Source: Eledone cirrhosa
Lineage: Eukaryota
DNA: 64,000 nt
Assembly (NCBI GenBank): GCA_964016885.1
Contig: OZ024749.1
Coordinates: forward strand, 52,824,001 to 52,888,000
Direction: 5' to 3'
Shown: positions 28,908 to 41,000 of the stretch, piece by piece
Layout of the letters: each line of letters starts with the position of its first letter
How positions within the stretch are numbered: the stretch's first letter is position 1
Position numbers and translations under genes: made by a program
Notes under the pieces: generated by a model
What the model was told of the DNA's origin: nothing
The model's input: the letters and a program-made list of their open reading frames with translations, nothing else
The model's database searches: none

Positions 28908-29464
28908 CATATAGAGAGAGAGAAATAGATATATAAATATATCCTGTAGACTTAATTTCTATATAAAATAAAGATGCTTATACTCTAACAACGTATTGAG
29001 TACCTTCTTTAATTGTGGTCATCTCCCGATCCCCTTCGGGAGTACAGAGTTGAACCCCAGTCGATAAAATAAAGTACCAGTAATGTACTGGGTAGTTGCT
29101 GGCCTTGTGCCTAAAGTAGAAACAATTATGTATATATATGTTCCTACTTACTTATATATATCTGTGTGTGTGTGTGTGTGTGTGGTATAGTTTACGGTAC
29201 GCACATTACAATAATCGATACACGTTAATAAAATGTGTAGAGGCTGTTTTATGTGTGTAAATAATGTGATTATAACCCAACATACAATGGCGTCCTGTTG
29301 ATCTGCAAAGAGTTAACTAACATAGCTAGGGTTTCACATCCATTACAGAATTGTTGATATCGTCCTCGTCTGCTCATATTACCAACGTGAAATTATAGTC
29401 AAGATTCGATGAAGCAGAAAGAAAAAAAAATTAAACACGCAAGGATACTTTCTTAATAGAATAA

Positions 29465-31029
29465 CGTAACAAATAAGTTTTAAATATATACATAAATAAC
29501 ATTACAAATGCTTACTTAGATAACATTATAAATTGCTCGCGATTCTTTCAGAAAGATATATTCTTTTAATGTTACAATATTAAAGAAAATGTAAAGAAGG
29601 GTTGAACAACGGAGCCAACAACAGAGTAAAAGACAGCAACGAGGGGTACTGGGCGACCTCTAATGGTTTTTGAGGCAAGCCAGCACACTGGCAGTGTTAC
29701 CCCGGGTGATGGCGAGGCTAATGCGCTATAACAACCAAGCGTCCTCGCGAGATTCGCCAGTTACCTCTATTAGGTGAGCCGTCAGTGAAGAGAGGAACCT
29801 CGCAGTCAGCGGCCCGACTCCATACACACGTCTCGAAAGCCACAGGCTGAAAAATGTAGCTGGCCGACAGACCAGAGTATTTGAGGGTCTTACTCCGCTC
29901 TGCTGCGGAAGCTGAGGCTCTCGTCCTAACCGCAGCGTCCAGGATGTGGGAAAAAGAAAATTAGATTTTACAACTCCTTAATTTTTATATTGTATAGAAG
30001 TAAACAAGCTGATAGTATCGTTCTGGTTTAGTTGTCAAAGTTGACAAATATTTATTTGAAGTCTATAATAATTGTATTTTTTAATTTTGGCACAAGGCCA
30101 GCAATTAACCCGGTGCATTACTAGTACTTTATTTTATCGACCTCGTAAGGATGAAAGGCAAAGTTAACTCAGAACATAAGAGGTATTGTGTGTAAATAAT
30201 AGAATTATGTTAACCTATCAACGATACAGTTATGTAAAATATTTTATTCATAGTTATATAAAATATATAATAATATAATAGTTACAGAACGAAAACTATA
30301 ATATATAGAAAGCAGGTAATGTATGCATCTAGGACCACATAGAACAAAATGAAGGTGAAAGGGGTGGGCAAACGAACCCTTGTCAAATGAGCTAAACCTC
30401 ATTCTTAAGAGAGCTTTGGCCCGGGCGAACATCCCCTCAATCTTAGAACCACCTGGGTTGTCCAGAAATGACGGCCTTACCCTGTGCCCCTGGTCGTGAG
30501 GCAGGTGCCTTGTCTGGGACGTCACTGTTAGTGTCTTTTGCTTCTTCCCACATCCTGGAGTTAGGACGAGAGCCACAGCTTCCGCAGCCGAGCGGAGTAA
30601 GACCCTCAAATACTTTGATCTGTCGGCCAGCTACATTTTTCAGCCTGTGGCTTTCGAGACGTGCGGAGGAGTCGGGCCGCTGACTGCGAGGTTCCTCTAT
30701 TTACTGGCGGCTCACCTAATAGAGGTAACTGGCGAAATCGCGAGGACGCTTGGTTGTTATAGCGCATTAGCCTCGCCATCACCCGGGGGGTAACACTGCC
30801 AGTGTGCTGGCTTGCCTCAAAAATCATTAGAGAGGTTGCCCAGTACCCCTCGCTGCTGTCTTTTGCTCTGGTGTTGGCTCCGTTGTTCACTTATTCCTTT
30901 ATATTTTCTTTAATATTGCAACATTAAAAGAAAATATCCTTCTGGAAGAATCGAGAACAATTTATAATGTTATCTAAGCATTTGTAATGTTATTTATGTA
31001 TATATTTAAAACATATTTGTTGTTATTCT
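29465..31029. repeat. ~490-bp inverted duplication (arms ~29465-29952 and ~30545-31029) containing a GC-rich self-complementary element
   Basis: gaggggtactgggcgacctc...ccaggatgtgggaa (29641-29952) is the reverse complement of 30545-30852 with scattered differences. About 180 bp of AT-rich flank is duplicated too. Confidence 0.92.
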
Positions 31030-32132
31030 TGTCAAATATATTTCAATATAAAAGTGAACTTAAGTTATTACAGAATTCTTTTTTTATATATATGAAATAA
31101 ATATAGTTTAATTTAGTCGTAATCGCAATAATGATACATTCTTTTACAGCACTTGTTCATTTGTTTAGTAAAATACTATGGTGATTGTTATTAACAGCTG
31201 ATCTGACAGACATTTCTGTGATCAATAGTTTTAATATACAAGTGAAAAGTCCAATAAAAATACTACAAATAGTTCGATGTTTATATGTATTAGTAATGAA
31301 AGGAAGTGGTCCTTTGTCTATGTGGGAAGATTTAAAGAATTTAAGTATTTGTTTTTTGGAAATAATGACAACAAGGTGGTGATGGTAACAAAAATAATAA
31401 TATTGAGAATTAGCGCATGAATCTGGGTGGGGAGAAAGAAAGGTCAGAAAGCGGAACTGTTGAGTTGATAGAAATATCATCGAATGGAGAATAAGATTCC
31501 TGGATATATGTATTGATAATGTTTTTGTAATTAATACAAATAATAAAGACTGTATAAGATATACAACAAACCTTGTGGACGAAAAGGGTTAATTTTGACA
31601 CCAATATTCCTCATCGTTCCTATAAGACCCACCATGCTTGAAGTTTAAGTTACTTCTGAAATCGACCTTTGACCTACTGTCCCGCAGTAAACTAGAGGGC
31701 GGATTGTATATGTGTGTGCGTATGTATATACATATGTGTGTGTAATTATATATGTTTGCGTGTAAATATATATGTGTGTGTATGTAAATACGTGTGTGTG
31801 TGTGTGGGTGTATGTACATACATATACGTTTGCGTATAAATATTATATATGTGTGTATGTGCAAATATATAGAGGCTTATATTACACAATTATTTTAATT
31901 GATTAAATTATTTTAAAAATTTATAAAAATAATAATTCTAATAATAATATTTATATTTTATTTTAAAAGAATTAATTATTTCAAAAAACATTAACTTTAG
32001 TGTTTCTAATAATATATCAGTCATTCTGTCCATCAGCAGCCGTAGCAATGATGTGAGGTGATCCAAAGTCCACCAAAATTAAAAACTCAAACTTATTCGT
32101 CTTCTACAATCAGGAGGTGAACATCAATAATT

Positions 32133-32644
32133 ATGGCCATGTCTCTCTCAGCTACTAGAAATATAACAATTCTTAACGGAATAAAATCACTTGGTAAGTT
32201 CTTCTTATATTTATCCTAATATATATATAATATTATTTCAAGACATTTTTTTAATGTTTTATTTCAACCACCCAAGATTGTGCCAAATATATTTTTACTG
32301 TAATACCTACCCAGATATTTGGTTATATAATATTTATTTACCCGTTTCCATTTTTTTAAAAAATATTATATATATATTATATTTTATATTCTACGTTCTC
32401 CCCTTCTTTTATTTACGTAAAACCTTTTAATATTAATATGAGACAGTTTTTTTTTAACATATGTAAACAATTCTTGTCTGTTGACTGTCTCCCACCCGGG
32501 GGTAGCTGTGACCTGGTAGAATAAAATATATTTGACATTTGTATTCTTCTCTATCAATATTTCTGTAAATAAACGTATTATATTCCTTGACACAGGTGAT
32601 ACTATTAATTTAGACTTCGTCAGGACCAATACAGGCCGAAACCT

Positions 32645-32696
<52 letters not shown>

Positions 32697-33065
32697 GTGT
32701 TTGTGCATAGAACAATAGAAAAAAACAGGAGTCATATGTAGGTGGAGAGTTATTTAATAGTTTTACGATCGTTTCAGAGGGTCGATTGATCGATGGAGAT
32801 CGATGTATCGACGAGCATGCTAGTGATTAAGTTACTACCGATTTCTAGTCTCGAAATCGCTGTTCAATCGCCCGTCTTCTTTGTTACGATATATATATAT
32901 ATATATGTGTATATATATATATTTATACTTCAATCTGCATGTTTCATGTTTCTGAAATACCCGTCCTGATGAGACAAATAACTGAGCCTTGACATGCTAG
33001 AAATAGCAGTCAAATATCTCTCAATCAATACCATACATTAAACAACGAAGTTACATTTACACAAC

Positions 33066-33096
<31 letters not shown>

Positions 33097-33469
33097 GGTT
33101 TCTGATTTAGGCAAAAGGCCAACAATTTAGGGCAAAGTTGATCAAATCGACCCCAGTTCGAAATTTTATTGATTATAGGTCAGTCCGATCAATATGACCC
33201 TGGACTATACAACACTATCACCATCCGCCCTTTCGTGTTTCACTTATCTTCAATTACAATCAATATTAACTACAGTTCTCCACCCCCTTCGATCTCATCA
33301 TCAATCTAATCTAAGAGATACTAAAATTGCTATGGAAACTCTCTCTCTATATATATATATATATATATGAGGATTTGACGAGAGGGGTATCTAGTGGTGA
33401 TAGGTGTAAAGTTAGGTGCGGTAAAAACTAGGTACCTTGGGTGGGTTCCAAGATGGGGAGAATAATCTA

Positions 33470-33517
<48 letters not shown>

Positions 33518-33963
33518 TAAATAAATATTCTGGAATTTTCTTGTATTTAGGTAAACTTAGCTAATAATAAACACCCGGACGAAGGCCATATCGTCTGTCT
33601 ACCCGTAAATAGGAAGTTGTAAATATATATGTAGTAACCATTAGAGTTAGTCGTAAATAAATGTCAGATTTGATGTCAGCCTCTTATGAAATAATTATCT
33701 AATTAGTGTGGTTTTTACTTCGCAGTTTTAATAAAGTGACGTTTAATTACACATATTTTTAAAAAATTCATCCTATTAAATCGATTTAACACAACAAATA
33801 ATGTTGTTATAGCCTGTTCTAATTTTTTACTGTCTGGCTAGCTTATTATAAACTGGGTGGTGGTGTTTCATGGTCAAATATCCTCCGACACCCATTTTAT
33901 CGTTTGGCAGTGTTGACTTGATAGTTTCGTTTTGATTCTATATTTTCATATGAAATATGAAAG

Positions 33964-33996
<33 letters not shown>

Positions 33997-34142
33997 TTTT
34001 AATATAGATGAGATTCTACAGGACTAGAACTGTTTCATTCTTTAGAAATCATCAGGAATCTCAGAGTATAAAAACTTTTATACTCTGCAATGTATTGAGT
34101 ACCTTACTTACTGTGGTTACCTCCGATTCAACCCGGAACAAC

Positions 34143-34187
<45 letters not shown>

Positions 34188-34469
34188 TGAAGTATTTCCG
34201 TAGGAAAGGTAAAGGAAAAGAGTGCTCTATGTAGGCTACAGAGCTTTTTAGAAATATTTATTTCTTCTGATGAATGAAGACAGACATAAGTATCTGTCTT
34301 CAAGAAACCACTGGTAAATGAAATAATTATCTTATGTTGTTTATTACATAACTATATATATATAATATTCATATTACGTCCATTTTTTCCACGCTAGCAT
34401 GGGTTAGTCGAGTTGTCCTATTGTGGGCAATGCTAGGTCAGCTGACCATTCATGCTCATGCAGAACTCT

Positions 34470-34519
<50 letters not shown>

Positions 34520-35206
34520 ATTTTGACCACAATGTCATTTGTGTTTGTAATTTCAAGCTATAAGGATCAAACCGCCAGCCTCAAAAACGAAAGAGAGGCG
34601 GTTTTCCTCTGTACGGTGGCTATGATGAAAGAAGTTATATGGTGGACGAGGTTGAGAGGACTGAGGACAGATGCCTTTCTCTCCGGACAACAATTGATTC
34701 CCTTCTTTAAGTATCACTTTAGAAGGAGAATCAGAGTGGAGAGAGAGACACTGCACCCCAGTAAATTTACTGAAAGGTGGGTGAATGAAGCGAAAATGGC
34801 CCGAGTGATTGAGCCTTCTCTGTTTATAAGCTTGTAGGTTGAAGAAAGGAGCACTTGCACAACACGCTCCTGGAGTTGAGGGTTGTTCTATCAACGGGGT
34901 ATTAAACAACCCATTTGTGGTGCCTCCCCCCTATTGGGGATTTCGATTGTTGTAATTGTTTGTTTTTATATTTTTTACACGACTGTATGTAAAATCCCCG
35001 GCATGTCTTTGTATTGTCCCCTTTTCTTGTGCGCCCTTGTGGCTAATAAAGAAATATATCTATATTATCAGCGTATTTAAATAAATAGGAAACATTTATT
35101 TAAAAAAATAATAAATAAAACAAAACAGCAGTTATTGAAATATAAAACTCCAAGCTTGTGTGACCGTGCACATTCACACGATAGGTTTCAGATATATATT
35201 TTTAAT

Positions 35207-35265
<59 letters not shown>

Positions 35266-36765
35266 GCAGGAGCTATTATATAAATATTATATCAACGTAG
35301 TAGTGGAAGAAACCTCAAAGAGAGCTGGACAGCAAGTCTTCAGAGAAGAACACCCCCCTCATAAACGAGTGTTTTGGCCCAGGAGAGCTGGACAGCTGAA
35401 GGTCTTCAGAGAAGAAACCTCTCTCTCTCTCTCTCTCTCATTACACCCGATTCTTTTCATTCCTAGTTTTTACTCTCAACCTATCGCTTCTTCATTTATG
35501 TAAATTGTCACAAGACAACCTTCAGATCATGCCCGCCTTACTTCATTCCAGCCACCACAAATCTTCTGCATACAAAAGACCCTTAAAAAGGGGTCAAGGG
35601 GCTTTTTACCTTTGGGTAAACTTAAAAAAAGAAGATTTAAAAAAAAATTGTATTGACAATACTGAAATAAAAATTATTCTAAATTGTCAAATCTCTACAA
35701 CACTTAGTCAGAAGGGTGCCACCCCTTAAACTCTACAATGCTTACAGTCAGAAGGGTGCCACCCCTTAAACTCTACAACACTTACAGGTAGAAGGGTGCC
35801 ACCCCTTAACCCTTTAGCATTTACATTACTCTATATTTACTATTATATTTTCAAGGTAAACACTTTATTTCACATAATTACCTCACATAATATTGAATCT
35901 ATGAGATTTTGATATTATTTATTTTGAGAACAATACCTTAACATCTATATGAGGGGCCGGTTTCAGCCAGTTTGAATAGAAAGAGGTCAGAGAATTCTGG
36001 CCATACCCGACCAGTTTAAATGCTAAAGGGTTAATCTCCACAACAGTTGCAGGCAGAAGGGTGTCACTCCTTAAACTTTTCTTTCCATAGGAAGTGTGAC
36101 ATCATATTTAGTCACGCCAGCTCTTGAGCTCATTGCACTCTCCTCAGAGTTCATCCTTTGACATAACATTGGCATTGTGTTGGAAATTATTATAAAGGAA
36201 ATTCCATTGAAACTTTGAGAGAGAGCATTGTTCTGGGAGAGTGTATCATCATCATCATCATCATCATCAACGTTTAACGTCCGTGTTCCACGCTTGCATG
36301 GGTTTGGACGGGGGTAGTCCCACTTGAGGCAAGAGTGATTGTCTTGCTCGCATAGGACTGTCTGGCAGGTTTTCTACAGTTGGATGCCCTTCCTAACACC
36401 AACCACATTTACAGTGTGGGTCTGGGAGGTTTTTACCGTGTTGCCTACACGGCCACATTACAGCGTGGACTGTGTGTTTTTTTGTCGTGACACCTACACG
36501 ATCTCATTTGTTTCGGCCCGGATGGCGCGGCACCAACATAACTTTACATAGGACGGGGTGGTGTGGATGGGGTGGGGGTGGTGGTGGTGGGACGGGGTGT
36601 ATTTTGTTAGAGATGCCTACTGGCAAGGCGGGTCTTCTCTGTTACTGAGTACCGCCATACTCTTGTTTATAGGCTCTGATGATTTATAGGGTATGGATGA
36701 AACACTGTTAGCTAATAAAACAATGTATTTCTAGGCACTCTTTGGTTATTCCTAAAATTAGAGTG

Positions 36766-36802
<37 letters not shown>

Positions 36803-38048
36803 ATACTTTGGGAGGGTCATGTTGCCAATAAGAAACACGCACCAGTTGCTTTCACTTCAATTTATTATATATTTATAAATTTATAAATTTACAAATCTAC
36901 AAACTTATAAATTTCTGGTTGGTTTCTTAGTTTCTTATTGGCAACATGACCCTCCCAAAGTATAACAATATCGGTTTCAACACACGATTTCAGATAAAGA
37001 ATCTTGCTAAACAAATTCAGAAACGAAATATATATATATAATTTTAGGAATAACCAAAGAGTGCCTAGAAATACATTGTTTTATTAGCTAACAGTGTTTC
37101 ATCCATACCCTATAAATCATCAGAGCCTATAAACAAGAGTATATCAATAGTTGCATGCTCCATCAAGCTGCGTCACCAGAACAAAGTTGAAGGACCAGCA
37201 GGGGGATCCCGAGGCCAGCGCTATATAGAAAAAGACACAATACATGACGCACATAATGTCATAAAATGTCATAAAAAGTTACATCAAAAATTTATCACAT
37301 AAATGGTGCAATAGATAAAGAGGTTGGGAGAGGGTAGCAAGGAATGAGCGAAGGTGTTACTCAGCATGATCAAAAACAATTAAAAAAGCCCCCCCCCCCC
37401 CCCAAAAAAAAACAAAGCAAAGCATAGATACATCAAAGCACAAGCAGTGCAAATACAGGATGTACGGGCAGATTAAGAGAGCTTGCAAGCATGAGTGTGT
37501 GAGAAGAATAGTTGGTTAGTGGTGGTGCAGCTTTACATGTAGGATTGTCTCTAGGAAGGATGGTGTACTCCAGTTATATCGCCTTGTAACAGGTCGATTC
37601 TCCGTATCATATCAGCACCCTACGAACCACATCCATTGGTTCCAGTTCCGAGCATTAGGCGAGATAACACTGTTTCCAAAACATATACCGAGGGGATTTA
37701 TCCGCATAGGTGGTCTGCGATAAACACCTAAAATCTAAAATAAAATAAAGTACGATGAGTTAAAGAAAGGTAGGGTATATGTACAGCCGGCACACCAGTG
37801 AGGTAATTGAGAATACGACAGGTCCGCAATAACTGCCATCCCCCAAAGTCCTCGCGTTCGGTCACTCAACCCAACGTCCCAAGTGAAATTCACTGTATGG
37901 CCGAGTGTTGGCATCGAACCAAAGTGTCATGCCGTATACAATTATACCACAGTAAATGTAAATCATGATGGCTATACTGTCACATAGACAGAAAGTGTAT
38001 CATCATCATCATCATTTTACGTCCGCTTTTCCCTGCTTGCAAGGATGG

Positions 38049-38093
<45 letters not shown>

Positions 38094-41000
38094 CATAGAA
38101 TCATTAGATAAAATATGTACAGTATTTCTTCTCCCAATCACCATAAATCAACCACACAAAAAATCATTTAAATGAGGCTATAACTTTAAAATATACCATT
38201 TTATTCAAAGTATGTATTTGTCATTAAAAGAAAACTTTCTTTTGCAAACTCTCTATATGAGGGGTGGGGAACAGGGAGTGCCATAAACTTGTGTTTAGGG
38301 AGGGGTGAGGAACAGGGAGCACCATGATCTTGTGTTTAGGGGGTCAAAAGGACTTAATCCATCCTTGCCCATGTTTGGAAGTGAGAAAGAATAAAACTAT
38401 TTGGAGATGTGATACTAGTTTGTAAAGGATGTAAGTTGTGGGAGGAACTGGTTTAGATATTAAAGGATGTTAGATGAAAGGAAATGGGATAATTGTTGTG
38501 GATAAATGACAGTGTTGTCATTAACAGGAAGATGTTGTGGATAAATGACAGTGTTGTCATTAACAGGAAGATGTTGTGGATAAATGACAGTGTTGTCATT
38601 AACAGGAAGATGTTGTGGATAAATGACAGTGTTGTCATTAACAGGAAGATGTTGTGGATAAATGACAGTGTTGTCATTAACAGGAAGATGTTGTGGATAA
38701 ATGACAGTGTTGTCATTAACAGGAAGATGTTGTGGATAAATGACAGTGTTGTCATTAACAGGAAGATGTTGTGGATAAATGACAGTGTTGTCATTAACAG
38801 GAAGATGTTGTGGATAAATGACAGTGTTGTCATTAACAGGAAGATGTTGTGGATAAATGACAGTGTTGTCATTAACAGGAAGATGTTGTGGATAAATGAC
38901 AGTGTTGTCATTAACAGGAAGATGTTGTGGATAAATGACAGTGTTGTCATTAACAGGAAGATGTTGTGGATAAATGACAGTGTTGTCATTAACAGGAAGA
39001 TGTTGTGGATAAATGACAGTGTTGTCATTAACAGGAAGATGTTGTGGATAAATGACAGTGTTGTCATTAACAGGAAGATGTTGTGGATAAATGACAGTGT
39101 TGTCATTAACAGGAAGATGTTGTGGATAAATGACAGTGTTGTCATTAACAGGAAGATGTTGTGGATAAATGACAGTGTTGTCATTAACAGGAAGATGTTG
39201 TGGATAAATGACAGTGTTGTCATTAACAGGAAGATGTTGTGGATAAATGACAGTGTTGTCATTAACAGGAAGTTTCATTCCAGAGTCTTTATTGTTGACG
39301 TCCAATTGGAAACATTCCAGTAATGTTTCACACCTTGTGTCATATGTCACATGTCTTGTTACACACCTTGTGTTATATGTCACATGTCTTGTGTCACATA
39401 CCTCGTATCATGTCACATGTCTTGTGTTATACACCTTGTGTCATATGTCACATCACGTCTTGTGTTATACACCTTGTGTCATATGTCACATATCACGTCT
39501 TGTTATACACCTTGTCATATCACGTCTTGTGTTATACACCTAGTGTCATATCACGTCTTGTGTTATACACCTAGTGTCATATCACGTCTTGTGTTATACA
39601 CCTAGTGTCATATCATGTCTTATGTTATACACCTAGTGTCATATCACGTCTTGTGTTATGCACCTTGTGTGATATCACGTCTTGTTATACACCTTGTGTC
39701 ATATCACGTCTTGTTATACACCTTGTGTCATATCACGTCTTGTGTTATACACCTTGTGTCATATCACGTCTTGTTATACACCTTGTGTCATATCACGTCT
39801 TGTGTTATACACCTTGTGTCATATCACGTCTTGTGTTATACACCTTGTGTCATATCACGTCTTGTTATACACCTTGTGTCATATCACGTCTTGTGTTATA
39901 CACCTTGTGTCATATCACGTCTTGTTATACACCTTGTGTTATATCACGTCTTGTGTTATACACCTAGTGTCATATCACGTCTTGTTATACACCTTGTGTC
40001 ATATCACGTCTTGTGTTATACACCTAGTGTCATATCACGTCTTGTGTTATACACCTAGTGTCATATCACGTCTTGTCTTATACACCTTGTGTCATATCAC
40101 GTCTTGTGTTATACACCTTGTCATATCACGTCTTATGTTATACACCTAGTGTCATATCACGTCTTGTGTTATACACCTTGTGTCATATGTCACATATCAC
40201 ATCTTGTGTTATACACCTTGTCATATCACGTCTTGTGTTATACACCTTGTCATATCACGTCTTGTGTTACACACCTTGTCACATCTTGTTACACACCTTG
40301 TCGTATGTCACATATCACATGACTTGTTACACACCTTATTTCATGTCACATGTCTTGTTACAGACTTTGTGTCATGTCAGTCTTGTTACACACCTCGTGT
40401 CATATGTCAGTCTTGTGTTACACACCTCATGTCATATGTCAGTCTTGTGTTACACACCTCATGTCATATGTCAGTCTTGTTACACACCTTGTGTCATATG
40501 TCACAGTCTCGTGCTACACACCTCGTGTCATGTCACATGTCTTGTGTTACACACTTCGTGTCATATGAGGGAAATATATAATGAAAATTATTGTGTGCAG
40601 TGCTCAGGTGCACTACAAGTCATCAAAGGTGCATGTATAGTACATAGAATAATGTACTAATGTCAGGAAAATGATCAGTGTATGAGTCATGATATACACA
40701 CAGATACATGTGTGTGTGTCTGTATGGAGGAGGGATATCAGGTGTAGTGTTGGCAAATTTCAGGAAACATGGAGGTTTTAAAGGATGCAGTGTCTCGACA
40801 GCTAACAACTGATGCAGGGAGTTTGTTCCATGGAGGTTTTAAAGGATGCAGTGTCCCGACAGCTGACAACTGATGCAGGGAGATTGTTCCATGGAGGTTT
40901 TAAAGGATGCACTGTCCCGACAGCTGACAACTGATGCAGGTAGTTTGTTCCATGGAGGTTTTAAAGGATGCAGTGTCCCGACAGCTGACAGCTGATGCAG

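Larger units (their letters stand above)
36657..37142. repeat. Nested inverted repeats: perfect 104-bp outer arms (36657-36760 / 37039-37142) and perfect 42-bp inner arms (36795-36836 / 36930-36971)
   Basis: Base-by-base reverse-complement comparison of both pairs shows no mismatch. Confidence 0.93.

Noticed and set aside
30361-30852. GC-rich element as telomerase RNA, 7SK, RNase P/MRP or twister ribozyme
   Set aside because: There is no CUAACCCUAA template or clear P6.1, no paired GAUC motifs and no P4 consensus. UAACACUGCC resembles a twister start but the downstream P2'/T1 elements are missing. Internal T runs on both strands argue against Pol III.
30244-30890. 94-aa and 121-aa ORFs over the GC-rich element
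   Set aside because: The second copy has frame-breaking indels and no protein motif is recognisable.
32960-33015. CTGATGA followed by GAAA as another hammerhead
   Set aside because: No stem I, II or III pairing can be formed.
38453-39383. Three ~270-300 aa repetitive ORFs, or a CRISPR-like array
   Set aside because: The 39-bp unit is a multiple of three and lacks stops in those frames. There are no unique spacers or cas genes, and the context is a eukaryotic intron.
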